55,844 nucleotides of DNA from a virus (lineage: Duplodnaviria > Caudoviricetes): the IMG/VR virus record IMGVR_UViG_3300012231_000001, positions 1-55,844 of that record. One strand, given 5' to 3'. Below the pieces are notes generated by a model. The model did not search any database and was not told the DNA's origin. It saw only the letters and a program-made list of their open reading frames with translations. Positions 46,570-55,844 of this stretch are shown here, piece after piece. Positions within the stretch are counted from its first letter, which is position 1; every line of letters begins with the position of its first letter. The position numbers and the translations under genes are program-made.

Positions 46570-46793
46570 AAATAACAGGTTATAAAAGATATCACTTCGG
46601 TGATTGGTTGATTACAATTACAATCTTACAAGGTTGTTTATATTGTGTTATGGCATATAATGTTTCAAGGGATTATTCTGTCATATTAGATAAAACTTGG
46701 GCAATAGAAAACGATGCTATGAAAGCTATAACAGATAGATTACGTTTAATGGCTATTGGTACGGTACACGAACAAACAAAGGTAATGAAATGA
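46566..46793 (+). CDS. Hypothetical protein
   Basis: ATGA-coupled. Confidence 0.55.
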   Translation: MKITGYKRYHFGDWLITITILQGCLYCVMAYNVSRDYSVILDKTWAIENDAMKAITDRLRLMAIGTVHEQTKVMK

Positions 46794-47194
46794 ATGGATG
46801 GGTAGGCGTTGATTTGGATGGTACGTTGGCAATATATAATGGGTGGAACGATGGTTTAATAGGTGAGCCCATTCCCTTAATGGTTGGAAGGGTGAAATTA
46901 TGGCTTAGGGAAGGTAAAGATGTGCGTATAGTAACTGCCAGAGTGGCTAAAACTTTATTACGCAACACAGACACTGGGACAGATGATACTATTATGTTTG
47001 CGAACCATCAAGAAAAACTTATTAAACAATGGTGTAAAGAGCATATCGGGATAGAGTTAAAAGTTACTGCCACTAAAGATTTTGGTATGATTGAATTATG
47101 GGATGATAGATGTGTACAGGTAATCCCTAATACTGGGTTGGCTTTAGATAAATCTCTTAATATTAAATTAAAGGTTTTTGATGCGAGTAATTAA
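46790..47194 (+). CDS. HAD-superfamily (PNKP phosphatase-like) hydrolase
   Basis: VDLDGTLA, IVTAR, K and WDDR HAD motifs. Confidence 0.85.
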   Translation: MNGWVGVDLDGTLAIYNGWNDGLIGEPIPLMVGRVKLWLREGKDVRIVTARVAKTLLRNTDTGTDDTIMFANHQEKLIKQWCKEHIGIELKVTATKDFGMIELWDDRCVQVIPNTGLALDKSLNIKLKVFDASN

Positions 47195-48299
47195 CATTAG
47201 TGAAAAAGATTCTTCTGCTATGTGTTACTCTCAGATACCACAACCTATGTATGTATATCATAGCCAAGAAGAATTTTTAGCGAATGTTCGGGCTACACGA
47301 CAGCTTGTAACTGGTCCAGCAGATTATTATGATTTTATAACTCGTAACAATCTTGATTTAACATATAACAGTAATAATAAATATGTAAATGTAGTAGATT
47401 TAGATATATGGATTAAGACGATTGATAAGTTTGTACCCTCTCACGCAGACTTCTCAGGTTTAGTACATCACGTTGGTGAAGAAGAAAACAATCTTATCCC
47501 TACCGATGGGGTTTACATACAGTTATTCTTTATTACTCCTACGCCTACAAGACATGTATTGTTTACATCTTCTGGTGTTCATAGTGTTGGTATGACTAAA
47601 TGGCAACCGACAGGTGCTATACGTTATAATTACTCACAGGAGAGTGACCCACGAAGGGGTATGGATAAAAGTGAGATATATAAAGAAAGGCTTGAAAAGA
47701 TATTACGTAAACGAGCACAAAGCGTTCAATCAGTTAAGATTGTAATGGCTTTGTTTAATCCAATATCGAAATACTTTTGTGATTTTGATGGGATTATGAA
47801 ACGAGTAGTCCCCTGGATTAAAGCAGATGACAGACAAAAATATTTACAAACAGAATCATTTAGGAGCACAATTATGGCAGTATTCAAAATTTTATATCCA
47901 GAACTTGCCCCAGCGGTAAGAGAAAAACATAGTCCAGAAGTAATGGCTGCTAAACTTGAAGATATGTTTGAGATAGCTAAAAAATCTGGTAATATCAAAG
48001 ATATGGTATTGGTGTATGAAAAAATAGTTGCTTTGGGTTATGAAGAAAATGCACTTATTAATGATACGACTGGTAAAGTTATAAAGTCTGGTTATGTCCA
48101 ATTACCGGAGAATGCAGAGTCTGCTAAACAACCTCTTTCTGTGTCAGATACAGATAAGTTTCTTGATAATAAAGATGGTGCTATGACCGCTATGATACCT
48201 GGTATAGAGTTATCTGAAGAAGAAGTAAAAGCCAGTTATCCAAGTTCATTTATTGAAGCAGACCCAGATGAAATATTAAAAAGTCTTCAAGATGAATAG
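47178..48299 (+). CDS. Hypothetical protein, possibly terminase small subunit
   Basis: Abuts TerL; helical C-half with an acidic tail; positional inference only. Confidence 0.4.
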   Translation: MMRVINISEKDSSAMCYSQIPQPMYVYHSQEEFLANVRATRQLVTGPADYYDFITRNNLDLTYNSNNKYVNVVDLDIWIKTIDKFVPSHADFSGLVHHVGEEENNLIPTDGVYIQLFFITPTPTRHVLFTSSGVHSVGMTKWQPTGAIRYNYSQESDPRRGMDKSEIYKERLEKILRKRAQSVQSVKIVMALFNPISKYFCDFDGIMKRVVPWIKADDRQKYLQTESFRSTIMAVFKILYPELAPAVREKHSPEVMAAKLEDMFEIAKKSGNIKDMVLVYEKIVALGYEENALINDTTGKVIKSGYVQLPENAESAKQPLSVSDTDKFLDNKDGAMTAMIPGIELSEEEVKASYPSSFIEADPDEILKSLQDE

Positions 48300-50119
48300 T
48301 GAATATAAACTTAAAGACAGTTCCTAAGTTAGAGTTCCGCAAAACACCCACGAATGAGCTCCTCCCTTATTTGAATAGATGGTGTCAAAATAACGGCAGA
48401 GACGATTTAGGTGTCTGCCGTTTTATTTTTGACTTACATTTTCTCAGCTTACAAAAAGGTTATCCTGTTTTACTAAGAGATTTCAAGCCTAAGTTTGGTG
48501 TGGCACCGTGGGCTAAAGATGCTCTTGGATTATATTATACCTATGTCGATGGTATGACTGTTGAAGATAGGACATATGGTATTCTTACATATCGTAGTGG
48601 CTCAAAAACCTTTTGGTTCACATTTGTTTCGCCTTTTTATGAAGGCACTGTTGGAGAATATGGTATATTCCATAATGGTACAATCCTGCCTGATATTGAT
48701 TATCAAGTATTACGTGCTAAAAATGGCCCGGTCGCTCAGAAACTCTTAATGAACTTATCTTCTTTCCTTAATAAACCCATTGTCAAAGATTTCTTCGGAG
48801 ACCTAAAACCCACCTATAAAGAAGTTAAAGATAAAGATGCTAAAGATACAGGTAAGTTACTTATACTTTCTAACCAACATATATATGAAGCTGCCAGTAT
48901 AGACCAACCAGTTAGGGGAATGAATATATTCCAGATGCGACCTAAAAAGATATTGTTTGATGATGTGCAGAATAGAGAGAATGTTAAAACTGTAGAAAGG
49001 CGTAGGCAATGTGATAAAGAAGTGATGGAAGAATCATATCCAGCCTTAGCAGATGATGGAGTAATGGTATATATATGTAATAGAGTACATCTTGATGATA
49101 CTGGTGGCAAGATAACCCATCCTAAGAACACCCAATGGAAGAAACAATTTCATACTCTTACTGTTAAGATAATTGATGGTAAAAAATATCCAGGCGTTGG
49201 TGACTTAGATAATGAAGTACCAGAGTGGCCACAACGATGGTCTATGGAACGTATTAAGAAGATGCGAGATTGGTGGGTATTGCAGCCAACGCTTGGTGGT
49301 ATGAGTGGTTGGTTAAAAGAAAAGTATAATCTGATTAAATCTGAAGCAGAATATCAGCTTAAATATCACGATGCTAAATATCTTAGAGCATTTGGGCATA
49401 ACTGGTTAGTGTTTAATGATAGGGAATATGTGAATGTAGATATAGTTGTTTCGTGTGACCCAGCTATATCTGAGAAGAAAGATTCATCTGATGCAGTCAT
49501 AACAGCTATCGCATTTACTCCAGACAAAAGAAGGTTTGTGATAGAAGAATCATCTGGTAAGTATGATATTAATGATAGATTCACTGATATAAATTATAAG
49601 CCACTTAATGGTATAGTTGCATTAGGGGATGAAGTCGCTAATATCAGACGTAAGGGTGCTGTTGGTGAGATGATACGAATGATAATAAAGTATAATGCTT
49701 TCGGGGTATCTGTTGAAACCGCTGGGCAGCAAGGAACATTTTTCCAAGAATTATGTGCAGCCCTTGATAAACTTGCTATTAGTTGTGTTAAGTTCCCATA
49801 TACAGGTGGGCAAGAGAAAAAAACTGAAAAGAATAAAGAATGCCCATTAGCATTTTTTGAACTTGGTCTATATTACATACGACCAGAAATGAACAAATTA
49901 AAATCTGAAGTAGATGCTTTCCCTATGGTTAAGCAAGACCGTCTTGATGCTTTACGGATAGGAGAGCAATTACGAAGATTCCCAGAGTTTATTAAATATG
50001 ACCCACTTGGGATAAATAGAAAATCTGCTGAATTTGAACCTACCGAACCTGCTATTGTATATAATAGTCAAGAAGGAAATCGTACCAGAGAAATAGAAAG
50101 TTGGTTGACAGGAGCATAG
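48299..50119 (+). CDS. terL: Terminase large subunit
   Basis: Walker A-like YRSGSKT, VRG, Walker B ILFDD, ICN...H.DD, WPQRW, nuclease CDPA...D and DRLDA. Confidence 0.9.
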   Translation: MNINLKTVPKLEFRKTPTNELLPYLNRWCQNNGRDDLGVCRFIFDLHFLSLQKGYPVLLRDFKPKFGVAPWAKDALGLYYTYVDGMTVEDRTYGILTYRSGSKTFWFTFVSPFYEGTVGEYGIFHNGTILPDIDYQVLRAKNGPVAQKLLMNLSSFLNKPIVKDFFGDLKPTYKEVKDKDAKDTGKLLILSNQHIYEAASIDQPVRGMNIFQMRPKKILFDDVQNRENVKTVERRRQCDKEVMEESYPALADDGVMVYICNRVHLDDTGGKITHPKNTQWKKQFHTLTVKIIDGKKYPGVGDLDNEVPEWPQRWSMERIKKMRDWWVLQPTLGGMSGWLKEKYNLIKSEAEYQLKYHDAKYLRAFGHNWLVFNDREYVNVDIVVSCDPAISEKKDSSDAVITAIAFTPDKRRFVIEESSGKYDINDRFTDINYKPLNGIVALGDEVANIRRKGAVGEMIRMIIKYNAFGVSVETAGQQGTFFQELCAALDKLAISCVKFPYTGGQEKKTEKNKECPLAFFELGLYYIRPEMNKLKSEVDAFPMVKQDRLDALRIGEQLRRFPEFIKYDPLGINRKSAEFEPTEPAIVYNSQEGNRTREIESWLTGA

Positions 50120-50152
50120 ACTCGTCTGGTTAGACGAAGTGTAACCGGCAGC

Positions 50153-50183
50153 TTGACTTTTTAGATTTCATCTACTATATTTG
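50153..50183 (+). promoter_or_regulatory. Promoter TTGACT-N17-TATATTTG
   Basis: Exact motif upstream of the portal gene. Confidence 0.8.
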
Positions 50184-50229
50184 TGTTTAAGTCAAAAAAT
50201 ATTTTTAGCATCTTAACACAGAGTGTAGA

Positions 50230-52179
50230 TTGAAAAGACAGTGGACGACTGAAATAGCCAGCGAAAATTTCAAACTGTATAAAGAGAATCGTAGCGCACG
50301 CAGAGCGTGGGAAATAGATGCGATACGGTTTGATGATTTCCGATATAGCATCCACTTTTCAAAAGCAGAAGAAAAAGAGATGTTAGCCTTTCGCCAAGCC
50401 CCTCTACCTATATCAATAACAACTGCTATTTGTGATACCGCAGAAGCTATGATGATAGCTTCTAAACCAACTATCCGAGTTGCCCCGATTATAAATCCTT
50501 TTGATGATGCTGCTACACAACTTTCTAAAGATGTCGCTGCTCGTTTTCAATATCTTATCCAAAAAGCCTGGTATGATTCTCTTGGTGGGCTACAGCACGA
50601 TAGAGTAGTCCGTGATTCATCTAATGTCGGTCACGGATTTTATTATGTTGTACCACGTAGAGAGTTTGGAGAGTTTAATGTAGACATTAAACATCTTAGC
50701 TGGCGTTACGTCTATCCTCATTCTCAGACTAAAGACCCATTTTATAGAGATATGGATAACTGCATAGTGGCTATGCGTGTTTCCAGAGATTATGGCTATC
50801 GTTTTATAAAAGGTCTTGAACCAGACATCACAAGAGAATGGTATGACGAAGAATGTGTAAAAGGCAACATTGGCACGACAGATGCTGGTGAACCGATTAC
50901 GAGATATTCACCTAATTCAATTCGTGGTTATGGTGTTTTATTCGTTAAGCGTATGGTTCTTGAAGAACATACAGCATATTTAGTCGTACCTCAAGGCAAA
51001 GATTCTATCGGCAGGACAGAGGTTAAATTCTATCCAGAGAAAACACCAGAGATGATAGCACAAGAACGCAAAGGTGAGATAATTATAAAAGAAAGCAAAG
51101 CATTTTTCTTAACAGAATATACATCTGTCGGCAATAAGGGCTATAAAGAAGTTTATCCTATACGTAAATATAATCTAATCCCATTAGTTTATGACCACAG
51201 AGATACTCCATACCCACTTGGTAGAATCTGGTATTTGTACCCATTACAGAGGGCATTAAATAAATTTATTATGGTAGCTTTACTTAATGGTTCTTTAATG
51301 AATGGGATAAGAATGTTAGCAGAAGAAAACTCTTTGGTCAACGAACACGAATGGGCTAAGAATTTTGCGATACCAGGTTCTAAGTTATTCTATAAACTCC
51401 CGATACCAGGTCAGTCTAAACCACCTCAAATAATTGAAGGTAAACCACTTGGTGAACAATGGTTAAAGTTCCCACAATATCTTGCTTATATTATGGGAAT
51501 GGTATCTGGTATATTTGGAGTAATGATGGGAGATAGTAGAGAAACCCCAGATGTATTTTCTACAGTTGCTTCATTACAATCTGCTGGTGGGTTAAAGATG
51601 AAACGTAGATTAGCACAGGCAGACGCTACATTATCAGTAGTTGGTGAAGTTGTTGGTGAGTTTTACAGAGAATATGCTCCTATCAATGGTTATAGTACGA
51701 TGATAAATGAAAATGGTGAAGAACAACCACCAATGACATATAATGTAATCGAGGCTGATAAAAACAATCCACAGAAAATAGCAATGAGACCAGAAACAGA
51801 TTTATCTCGTGGGTTTAAGTCTATACGTTTTACTACTCAGCCATCTCAAGGTTTTGAATCTGGTACAGAAGCTGCATTATTAACTAATTTAGCCACTCAG
51901 CTTAAAGTGCCACAGCTTGTACCGTTAATATTAAAGAGATTAAATATCCCTGATGTTGATAAGATAGTTGACCAGCTTTCTTTGGTTAATCAGCAAGCAT
52001 CTACTATCGAACAATTAACAGGCACGATTAAAGATTTAGATAAGAGAACAACTAATTTAGCCAATCAAATAACACAAAAACAGTTTGAAGTCAGCAAAGC
52101 ACAATTTGATTCTTGGTTCGCCAAATATAAAGCTGATATACAATCTGGAACGGAGGTAGTAGGCGGTAATGGCAGATAA
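50230..52179 (+). CDS. Portal protein (P22-like)
   Basis: 649 aa after TerL; G-H-G-F-Y-Y, PLQRALNK and SGI...MG patterns; C-terminal coiled coil. Confidence 0.85.
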   Translation: MKRQWTTEIASENFKLYKENRSARRAWEIDAIRFDDFRYSIHFSKAEEKEMLAFRQAPLPISITTAICDTAEAMMIASKPTIRVAPIINPFDDAATQLSKDVAARFQYLIQKAWYDSLGGLQHDRVVRDSSNVGHGFYYVVPRREFGEFNVDIKHLSWRYVYPHSQTKDPFYRDMDNCIVAMRVSRDYGYRFIKGLEPDITREWYDEECVKGNIGTTDAGEPITRYSPNSIRGYGVLFVKRMVLEEHTAYLVVPQGKDSIGRTEVKFYPEKTPEMIAQERKGEIIIKESKAFFLTEYTSVGNKGYKEVYPIRKYNLIPLVYDHRDTPYPLGRIWYLYPLQRALNKFIMVALLNGSLMNGIRMLAEENSLVNEHEWAKNFAIPGSKLFYKLPIPGQSKPPQIIEGKPLGEQWLKFPQYLAYIMGMVSGIFGVMMGDSRETPDVFSTVASLQSAGGLKMKRRLAQADATLSVVGEVVGEFYREYAPINGYSTMINENGEEQPPMTYNVIEADKNNPQKIAMRPETDLSRGFKSIRFTTQPSQGFESGTEAALLTNLATQLKVPQLVPLILKRLNIPDVDKIVDQLSLVNQQASTIEQLTGTIKDLDKRTTNLANQITQKQFEVSKAQFDSWFAKYKADIQSGTEVVGGNGR

Positions 52180-53392
52180 AGATAATGGTACGATAAATAG
52201 TCCTGATGGCATCTTAACAGAAGAAAGCACTTCTACTAAGCATCGTGGTTCGATGGGCAGTATGGTAGATAAAATTATGAAAGATGCTGCAGATGCTGGC
52301 GTAAAGATTATTGGGGTAAAAGATGATAATGGTGGAATCGCTAAACCAGACCCAGTTAAGCCAACTGATACGAAATTTGATTTTAGTACATTTAAGGAAA
52401 TAAATGATAAAGATTATCAAGAGATAGATTCTTATCTTAAAGAGAATAAAGCTGAGAACCCAGCTATACGACATAGGATAGCATCACATCTTGATGATAT
52501 TAAGAAACAACAGAAACTTGCTTCGGAACGTGGTGTTAAAATTACAGAACTTGAAAAAGCTGGCGTTAGAGAAGTTGAGGTTGATAAGAAATTTAATGAG
52601 TTCGTTAATAATTTGAAGTCAGATTTCTTTGGTACTTATGATAAGGTACAGAAAGAATATAAATTACCTGATATATCATCAATAGCTAAAATGGTAGCGA
52701 CAGGTAATACGCTTCAAGCCAGGGTATCGCAGTATCAAAAAGATGTGCTTGAGAAAGATATTGAAAAACAGTTTAATATCCCAGAAGGTACGTTTGTGTT
52801 TGATGCTGGTGAGGCTTGGAAAGCTGGTACACCTTCATATGAGTTCCGTGTAAAGACTGCTTCTAAAGAAAATGAACTGAGAAGCGAATCAAGCAATCGT
52901 GATACAGAGATTAGAAAAGCTGCTGATGATATGATTAAAGTACGTAATCAGCAGATAATAGAACTTAAAGATATGTATTATCCTATTAGTGCTAAAGAAG
53001 GTACTCCAGAATATGAAGCTAATGTAAAAGCACAGGATGAGGCATATCAAACTAAATTAAAAGTTTTTGATTCTGTTTATGACAGGATGCAAAAAGGGGA
53101 GATTATCCCCCCTGAACAAAACCCATTTATCTTCAAGAACATCTTTCGTGGGCTTTTCTTTGATGATTTGGTAAAGATAGAAATGTCTAAAATTGCTAAT
53201 GGGATACATCAGCAATATAGAAAACACGGACTATTTTTACCAGCGAATGAAATGCCAACAGATGTGACGAGTATGAAGGGTGCTATCGCAGATGGTGAAT
53301 CTGGGAAGTTCAAAGTAGGTGACACGTCTTTCAGTCCTCAAAACAGAATGTTGAAAAGGGTCGAAGGACAGTTGAATAAAATTAACCAATAG
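52169..53392 (+). CDS. Putative scaffolding protein
   Basis: Charged helical protein between portal and capsid; GGAGG RBS. Confidence 0.55.
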   Translation: MADKDNGTINSPDGILTEESTSTKHRGSMGSMVDKIMKDAADAGVKIIGVKDDNGGIAKPDPVKPTDTKFDFSTFKEINDKDYQEIDSYLKENKAENPAIRHRIASHLDDIKKQQKLASERGVKITELEKAGVREVEVDKKFNEFVNNLKSDFFGTYDKVQKEYKLPDISSIAKMVATGNTLQARVSQYQKDVLEKDIEKQFNIPEGTFVFDAGEAWKAGTPSYEFRVKTASKENELRSESSNRDTEIRKAADDMIKVRNQQIIELKDMYYPISAKEGTPEYEANVKAQDEAYQTKLKVFDSVYDRMQKGEIIPPEQNPFIFKNIFRGLFFDDLVKIEMSKIANGIHQQYRKHGLFLPANEMPTDVTSMKGAIADGESGKFKVGDTSFSPQNRMLKRVEGQLNKINQ

Positions 53393-53401
53393 GAGTTACA
53401 A

Positions 53402-53770
53402 ATGGCAGTATCGAATATTTCGATTGCCCAGATTTCAGGTGCTAACCTGATAATTGATACTACTAACGGCAACACACCTGTTGCAGTAAAAGGTTCAAGT
53501 GGCATTATACACGAACTTGAACTTGATAACTCTGCCAATGGTGCCGCAACTTACTTTAAGTTATTTAACGTTGCTGCTGGTTCAGTTGTTATGGGGACTA
53601 CAGACCCAGATATGACAATATTAGTTCCGGCTGCGACTAAGATAACTATGGTGTTCCCAGATGGCTTAACATTTGGAACGGCTATAGCGATGGCATCTGT
53701 TACTGGCAAAGCAGCGAGTTCAGCTGTAGCACCAGTGTCAGCCTTTGTAGTTAAAATGGTTTATGTTTAA
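53402..53770 (+). CDS. Small beta-sandwich virion protein
   Basis: AGGAG RBS; YFKLFN...GTTDPD...GLTFGTAI pattern. Confidence 0.6.
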   Translation: MAVSNISIAQISGANLIIDTTNGNTPVAVKGSSGIIHELELDNSANGAATYFKLFNVAAGSVVMGTTDPDMTILVPAATKITMVFPDGLTFGTAIAMASVTGKAASSAVAPVSAFVVKMVYV

Positions 53771-53791
53771 TTAATTTTGTAGGAGTAAATT

Positions 53792-55198
53792 ATGGCAGGC
53801 GCAGATTCAACTATCTATCGTGGTTTTTATGATACACCACACATACAAGATAGATTGAGATTGTATGGGCAGCAAGAGAAAATCTTCCAGCTCATAGCTT
53901 TACGCCAGGTCAATCCTCTTTCTATATTAACAGTTCTTTCAGAGAAGTTCGGTGTAGTTGGTGCTAATATGATTACCGACTGGAGATTCCGTTATCAGGA
54001 ATTTGATGAGTTACCATACTCATATCTTCTTGCTTTGGCATCTGTACGACCAGTGTCTGGTTCTCTTGTTGACTATCTCAAAGTTACAAATAGCTTTGCG
54101 AATGGTCTTAATACCAACCACAGACTACTCTTTACAGGAACTTTTATGGGCAGAGATTTGTCTGGTGGTGCAACGACAAGTAATGTCGGCACAACATTTG
54201 ATGTTACTGATAGACCACTTAATGAGATAGCTAAAATACTTGGTATCGGTGAGAATAGTGCGGCTTACGAAGGTAATGCTGCGAATGCAGGTTTTACGTG
54301 GGTTAAAGTGCAGAGAGCACATCCTGCTGCAACCGTTACTGGTCAGATAGCTGCAGTCCCGACTGCTACTTATATCAAAATAGTGAATACAGTAGCAAAA
54401 ACTAATCAAAGACCAAATGCTCCAGTTACTCAGAATGGTAGTTATCTGGAAAACGTAGTTCAGATTAGTCGTGAGTCTTATGGTGTTGGCGAACATATGA
54501 AACAGGGTGGTGGTATTAAAACACTTCTGCTTCAGAATGGTGCGGCACAACTTGACCTTAATTATGAATTAGTACAGTTAAGACTGATGAAGATTATCGA
54601 AAGGTCATTACTTGTTGGTCGTAGATACGCAACAGAATCAGGTAACGAATCAGAATATGAAACTGGTGGAATACTTGAGTTCATTCTTGGTGCTAACTAT
54701 ATCAACGCAGGTGGTATCTTAAATGTTGCAAGGATTAATAATATTGTAGCAACAGCTCTTGATACTTCTGGTGTACGAGAATTGTTTATGTTCGGTGGTT
54801 CAACATTTACAAAGAACCTCGCAGAAGCATATGAAAACAAACGTGGATTTGGTGAAGTACAGAATCTTTCAATGAAATACGGTCTTAAAGTATTTAGCAT
54901 TGAAGGTACTGGTCGTGACGGTATTGTTTACTATGCTAATGCTCCAATTTTGAGTGAGATAGGTCTGGATAATCAGGCATTAATTCTTAATCTTACAGAG
55001 TACAATTACGATGAAGGAAATCCTTATGGAGCATTCCAAATCGCAGAAAAAGTACCTATGCTTGATTTACCAGAAAGAGCTGAATCATACGAAGAAAACT
55101 CAGGATTCAGAGGGCAATGGAGAGAAATGTATTATGCTTATGGTTTAATACGCAGACTCCAAGCTACTCATTTCCGAGTTTACGGCGTAACATCATAA
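53792..55198 (+). CDS. Major capsid protein
   Basis: 468 aa; RFRYQEFDE, ENVVQISRESY, IERSLLVG and TGGILEFI resemble SU10/crAss-type HK97-fold capsids with an insertion domain. Confidence 0.85.
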   Translation: MAGADSTIYRGFYDTPHIQDRLRLYGQQEKIFQLIALRQVNPLSILTVLSEKFGVVGANMITDWRFRYQEFDELPYSYLLALASVRPVSGSLVDYLKVTNSFANGLNTNHRLLFTGTFMGRDLSGGATTSNVGTTFDVTDRPLNEIAKILGIGENSAAYEGNAANAGFTWVKVQRAHPAATVTGQIAAVPTATYIKIVNTVAKTNQRPNAPVTQNGSYLENVVQISRESYGVGEHMKQGGGIKTLLLQNGAAQLDLNYELVQLRLMKIIERSLLVGRRYATESGNESEYETGGILEFILGANYINAGGILNVARINNIVATALDTSGVRELFMFGGSTFTKNLAEAYENKRGFGEVQNLSMKYGLKVFSIEGTGRDGIVYYANAPILSEIGLDNQALILNLTEYNYDEGNPYGAFQIAEKVPMLDLPERAESYEENSGFRGQWREMYYAYGLIRRLQATHFRVYGVTS

Positions 55199-55216
55199 GG
55201 AAAGGAGTAAAATAAT

Positions 55217-55582
55217 ATGCCAGTAAATCAAAGTTATAATCTTTTTGGGCTTATACCAGAAGCCTCTAACAATGAGAACAACAGACCAGGTATACATCTT
55301 CTTGAGTATTTTCAGGTAGTAGCGACTATCGGTACTAATGAAGGTGATGTCGAAGTGCCTACTCAGCTTGATGATTGTATCGGTGTACTAAATCTTTGTT
55401 TTTCAAGCGTATTCGCCGCAGGCGATAAATTGCTTGATGTGACAACAGATGGTGTAATAACCACTGGTGCGGTCACGGTAAGAGTAAGCACGGTGTCAAT
55501 AGCTGATGGTGCTTTAACTATCAGAGGTTATCTGGTTGGTACAAAGAGAAGTACAACCGTATTACTTAATGACCCAGAATAA
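55217..55582 (+). CDS. Putative capsid decoration/auxiliary protein
   Basis: AGGAG RBS; directly after the MCP; beta-rich. Confidence 0.55.
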   Translation: MPVNQSYNLFGLIPEASNNENNRPGIHLLEYFQVVATIGTNEGDVEVPTQLDDCIGVLNLCFSSVFAAGDKLLDVTTDGVITTGAVTVRVSTVSIADGALTIRGYLVGTKRSTTVLLNDPE

Positions 55583-55592
55583 GGAGGAATAA

Positions 55593-55844
55593 ATGGGAGA
55601 TTCAACATTCACGGCCAGTTTAAGTGGTAATTCCGCCCTTATTATGAATGGCAAAAACGCCTATCAACCCTATCTGGAGAAAGATACTTTATGGTTTTCA
55701 GATAGGCTTGTTGTGGCAGATGGTGATATTGCTGCGGATGGTAACTGTTCTATCATTCTTGAAGGTGTGACAGAAGTAGAAGCGTTCAACCTTGTAGAAG
55801 ATAGAAATGGTACTTTTGTTGCGATAATCCCAACATCTATTACA
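55593..55844 (+). CDS. 5' part of the 115-aa virion protein that continues to nt 219 across the junction
   Basis: AGGAGG RBS; MGDSTFTASLSG open through the repeat. Confidence 0.85.
   Translation, partial: MGDSTFTASLSGNSALIMNGKNAYQPYLEKDTLWFSDRLVVADGDIAADGNCSIILEGVTEVEAFNLVEDRNGTFVAIIPTSIT
55722..55844. repeat. Terminal direct repeat, copy 2
   Basis: Identical to nt 1-123. Confidence 0.95.

Noticed and set aside
50122-50150. Hairpin after terL as a terminator
   Set aside because: Only a 6-bp stem with no adjacent U tract; the downstream T run belongs to the portal promoter
327-54900. Many short antisense or nested ORFs in the track (e.g. 7200-7553, 13740-14120, 54125-54550)
   Set aside because: Shadows of longer genes with RBSs and motifs on the coding strand
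55722-55844. 123-bp repeat as a biological terminal repeat or att site
   Set aside because: It lies mid-ORF and the frame reads through, which is typical of assembler overlap on a circular contig
1-55844. CRISPR array, diversity-generating retroelement, integrase/repressor, stop-codon recoding
   Set aside because: No spaced repeats, RT motifs or recombinase motifs seen; genes are intact and densely packed in the standard code

Overview
The window is very probably one complete, circularly assembled tailed dsDNA phage genome of about 55,721 bp, since the last 123 nt (55722-55844) repeat nt 1-123. It is AT-rich and has two oppositely transcribed arms that diverge from a non-coding control region at about 44.1-44.7 kb and converge at about 25.1 kb. 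The + arm encodes a GroES-like protein, HAD phosphatase, terminase, portal, probable scaffold, major capsid protein, podovirus-type tail and ejection proteins, and holin/spanin-like genes. It also encodes several proteins with Sec-type signal peptides, including a 1823-aa mosaic protein with a beta-propeller phytase domain. The - arm holds small early genes, ERF, a DnaQ-like exonuclease, a probable SSB, a DnaB-like helicase, a DNA methyltransferase, RusA, HNH, a MazG-like protein and an M15 endolysin. The most notable feature is a co-oriented ubiquitin-like conjugation cassette at 35.3-39.6 kb: a beta-grasp Ubl, an E2/UBC-like enzyme fused to five Zn ribbons, a ThiF/E1 and a JAB/MPN+ isopeptidase. 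Four promoters share a TTG(AC)-N17-TATATTTG form. Together with the Ala-Gln signal-peptide sites and Shine-Dalgarno use, this suggests an FCB-group host, possibly Ignavibacteria-like (inference). Several intergenic structured-RNA candidates occur in the early arm, including a tRNA-like element with an expanded anticodon region. I recognised no integrase, DNA polymerase, primase, CRISPR array or reverse transcriptase. All calls come from motif recognition by eye; no searches were run.
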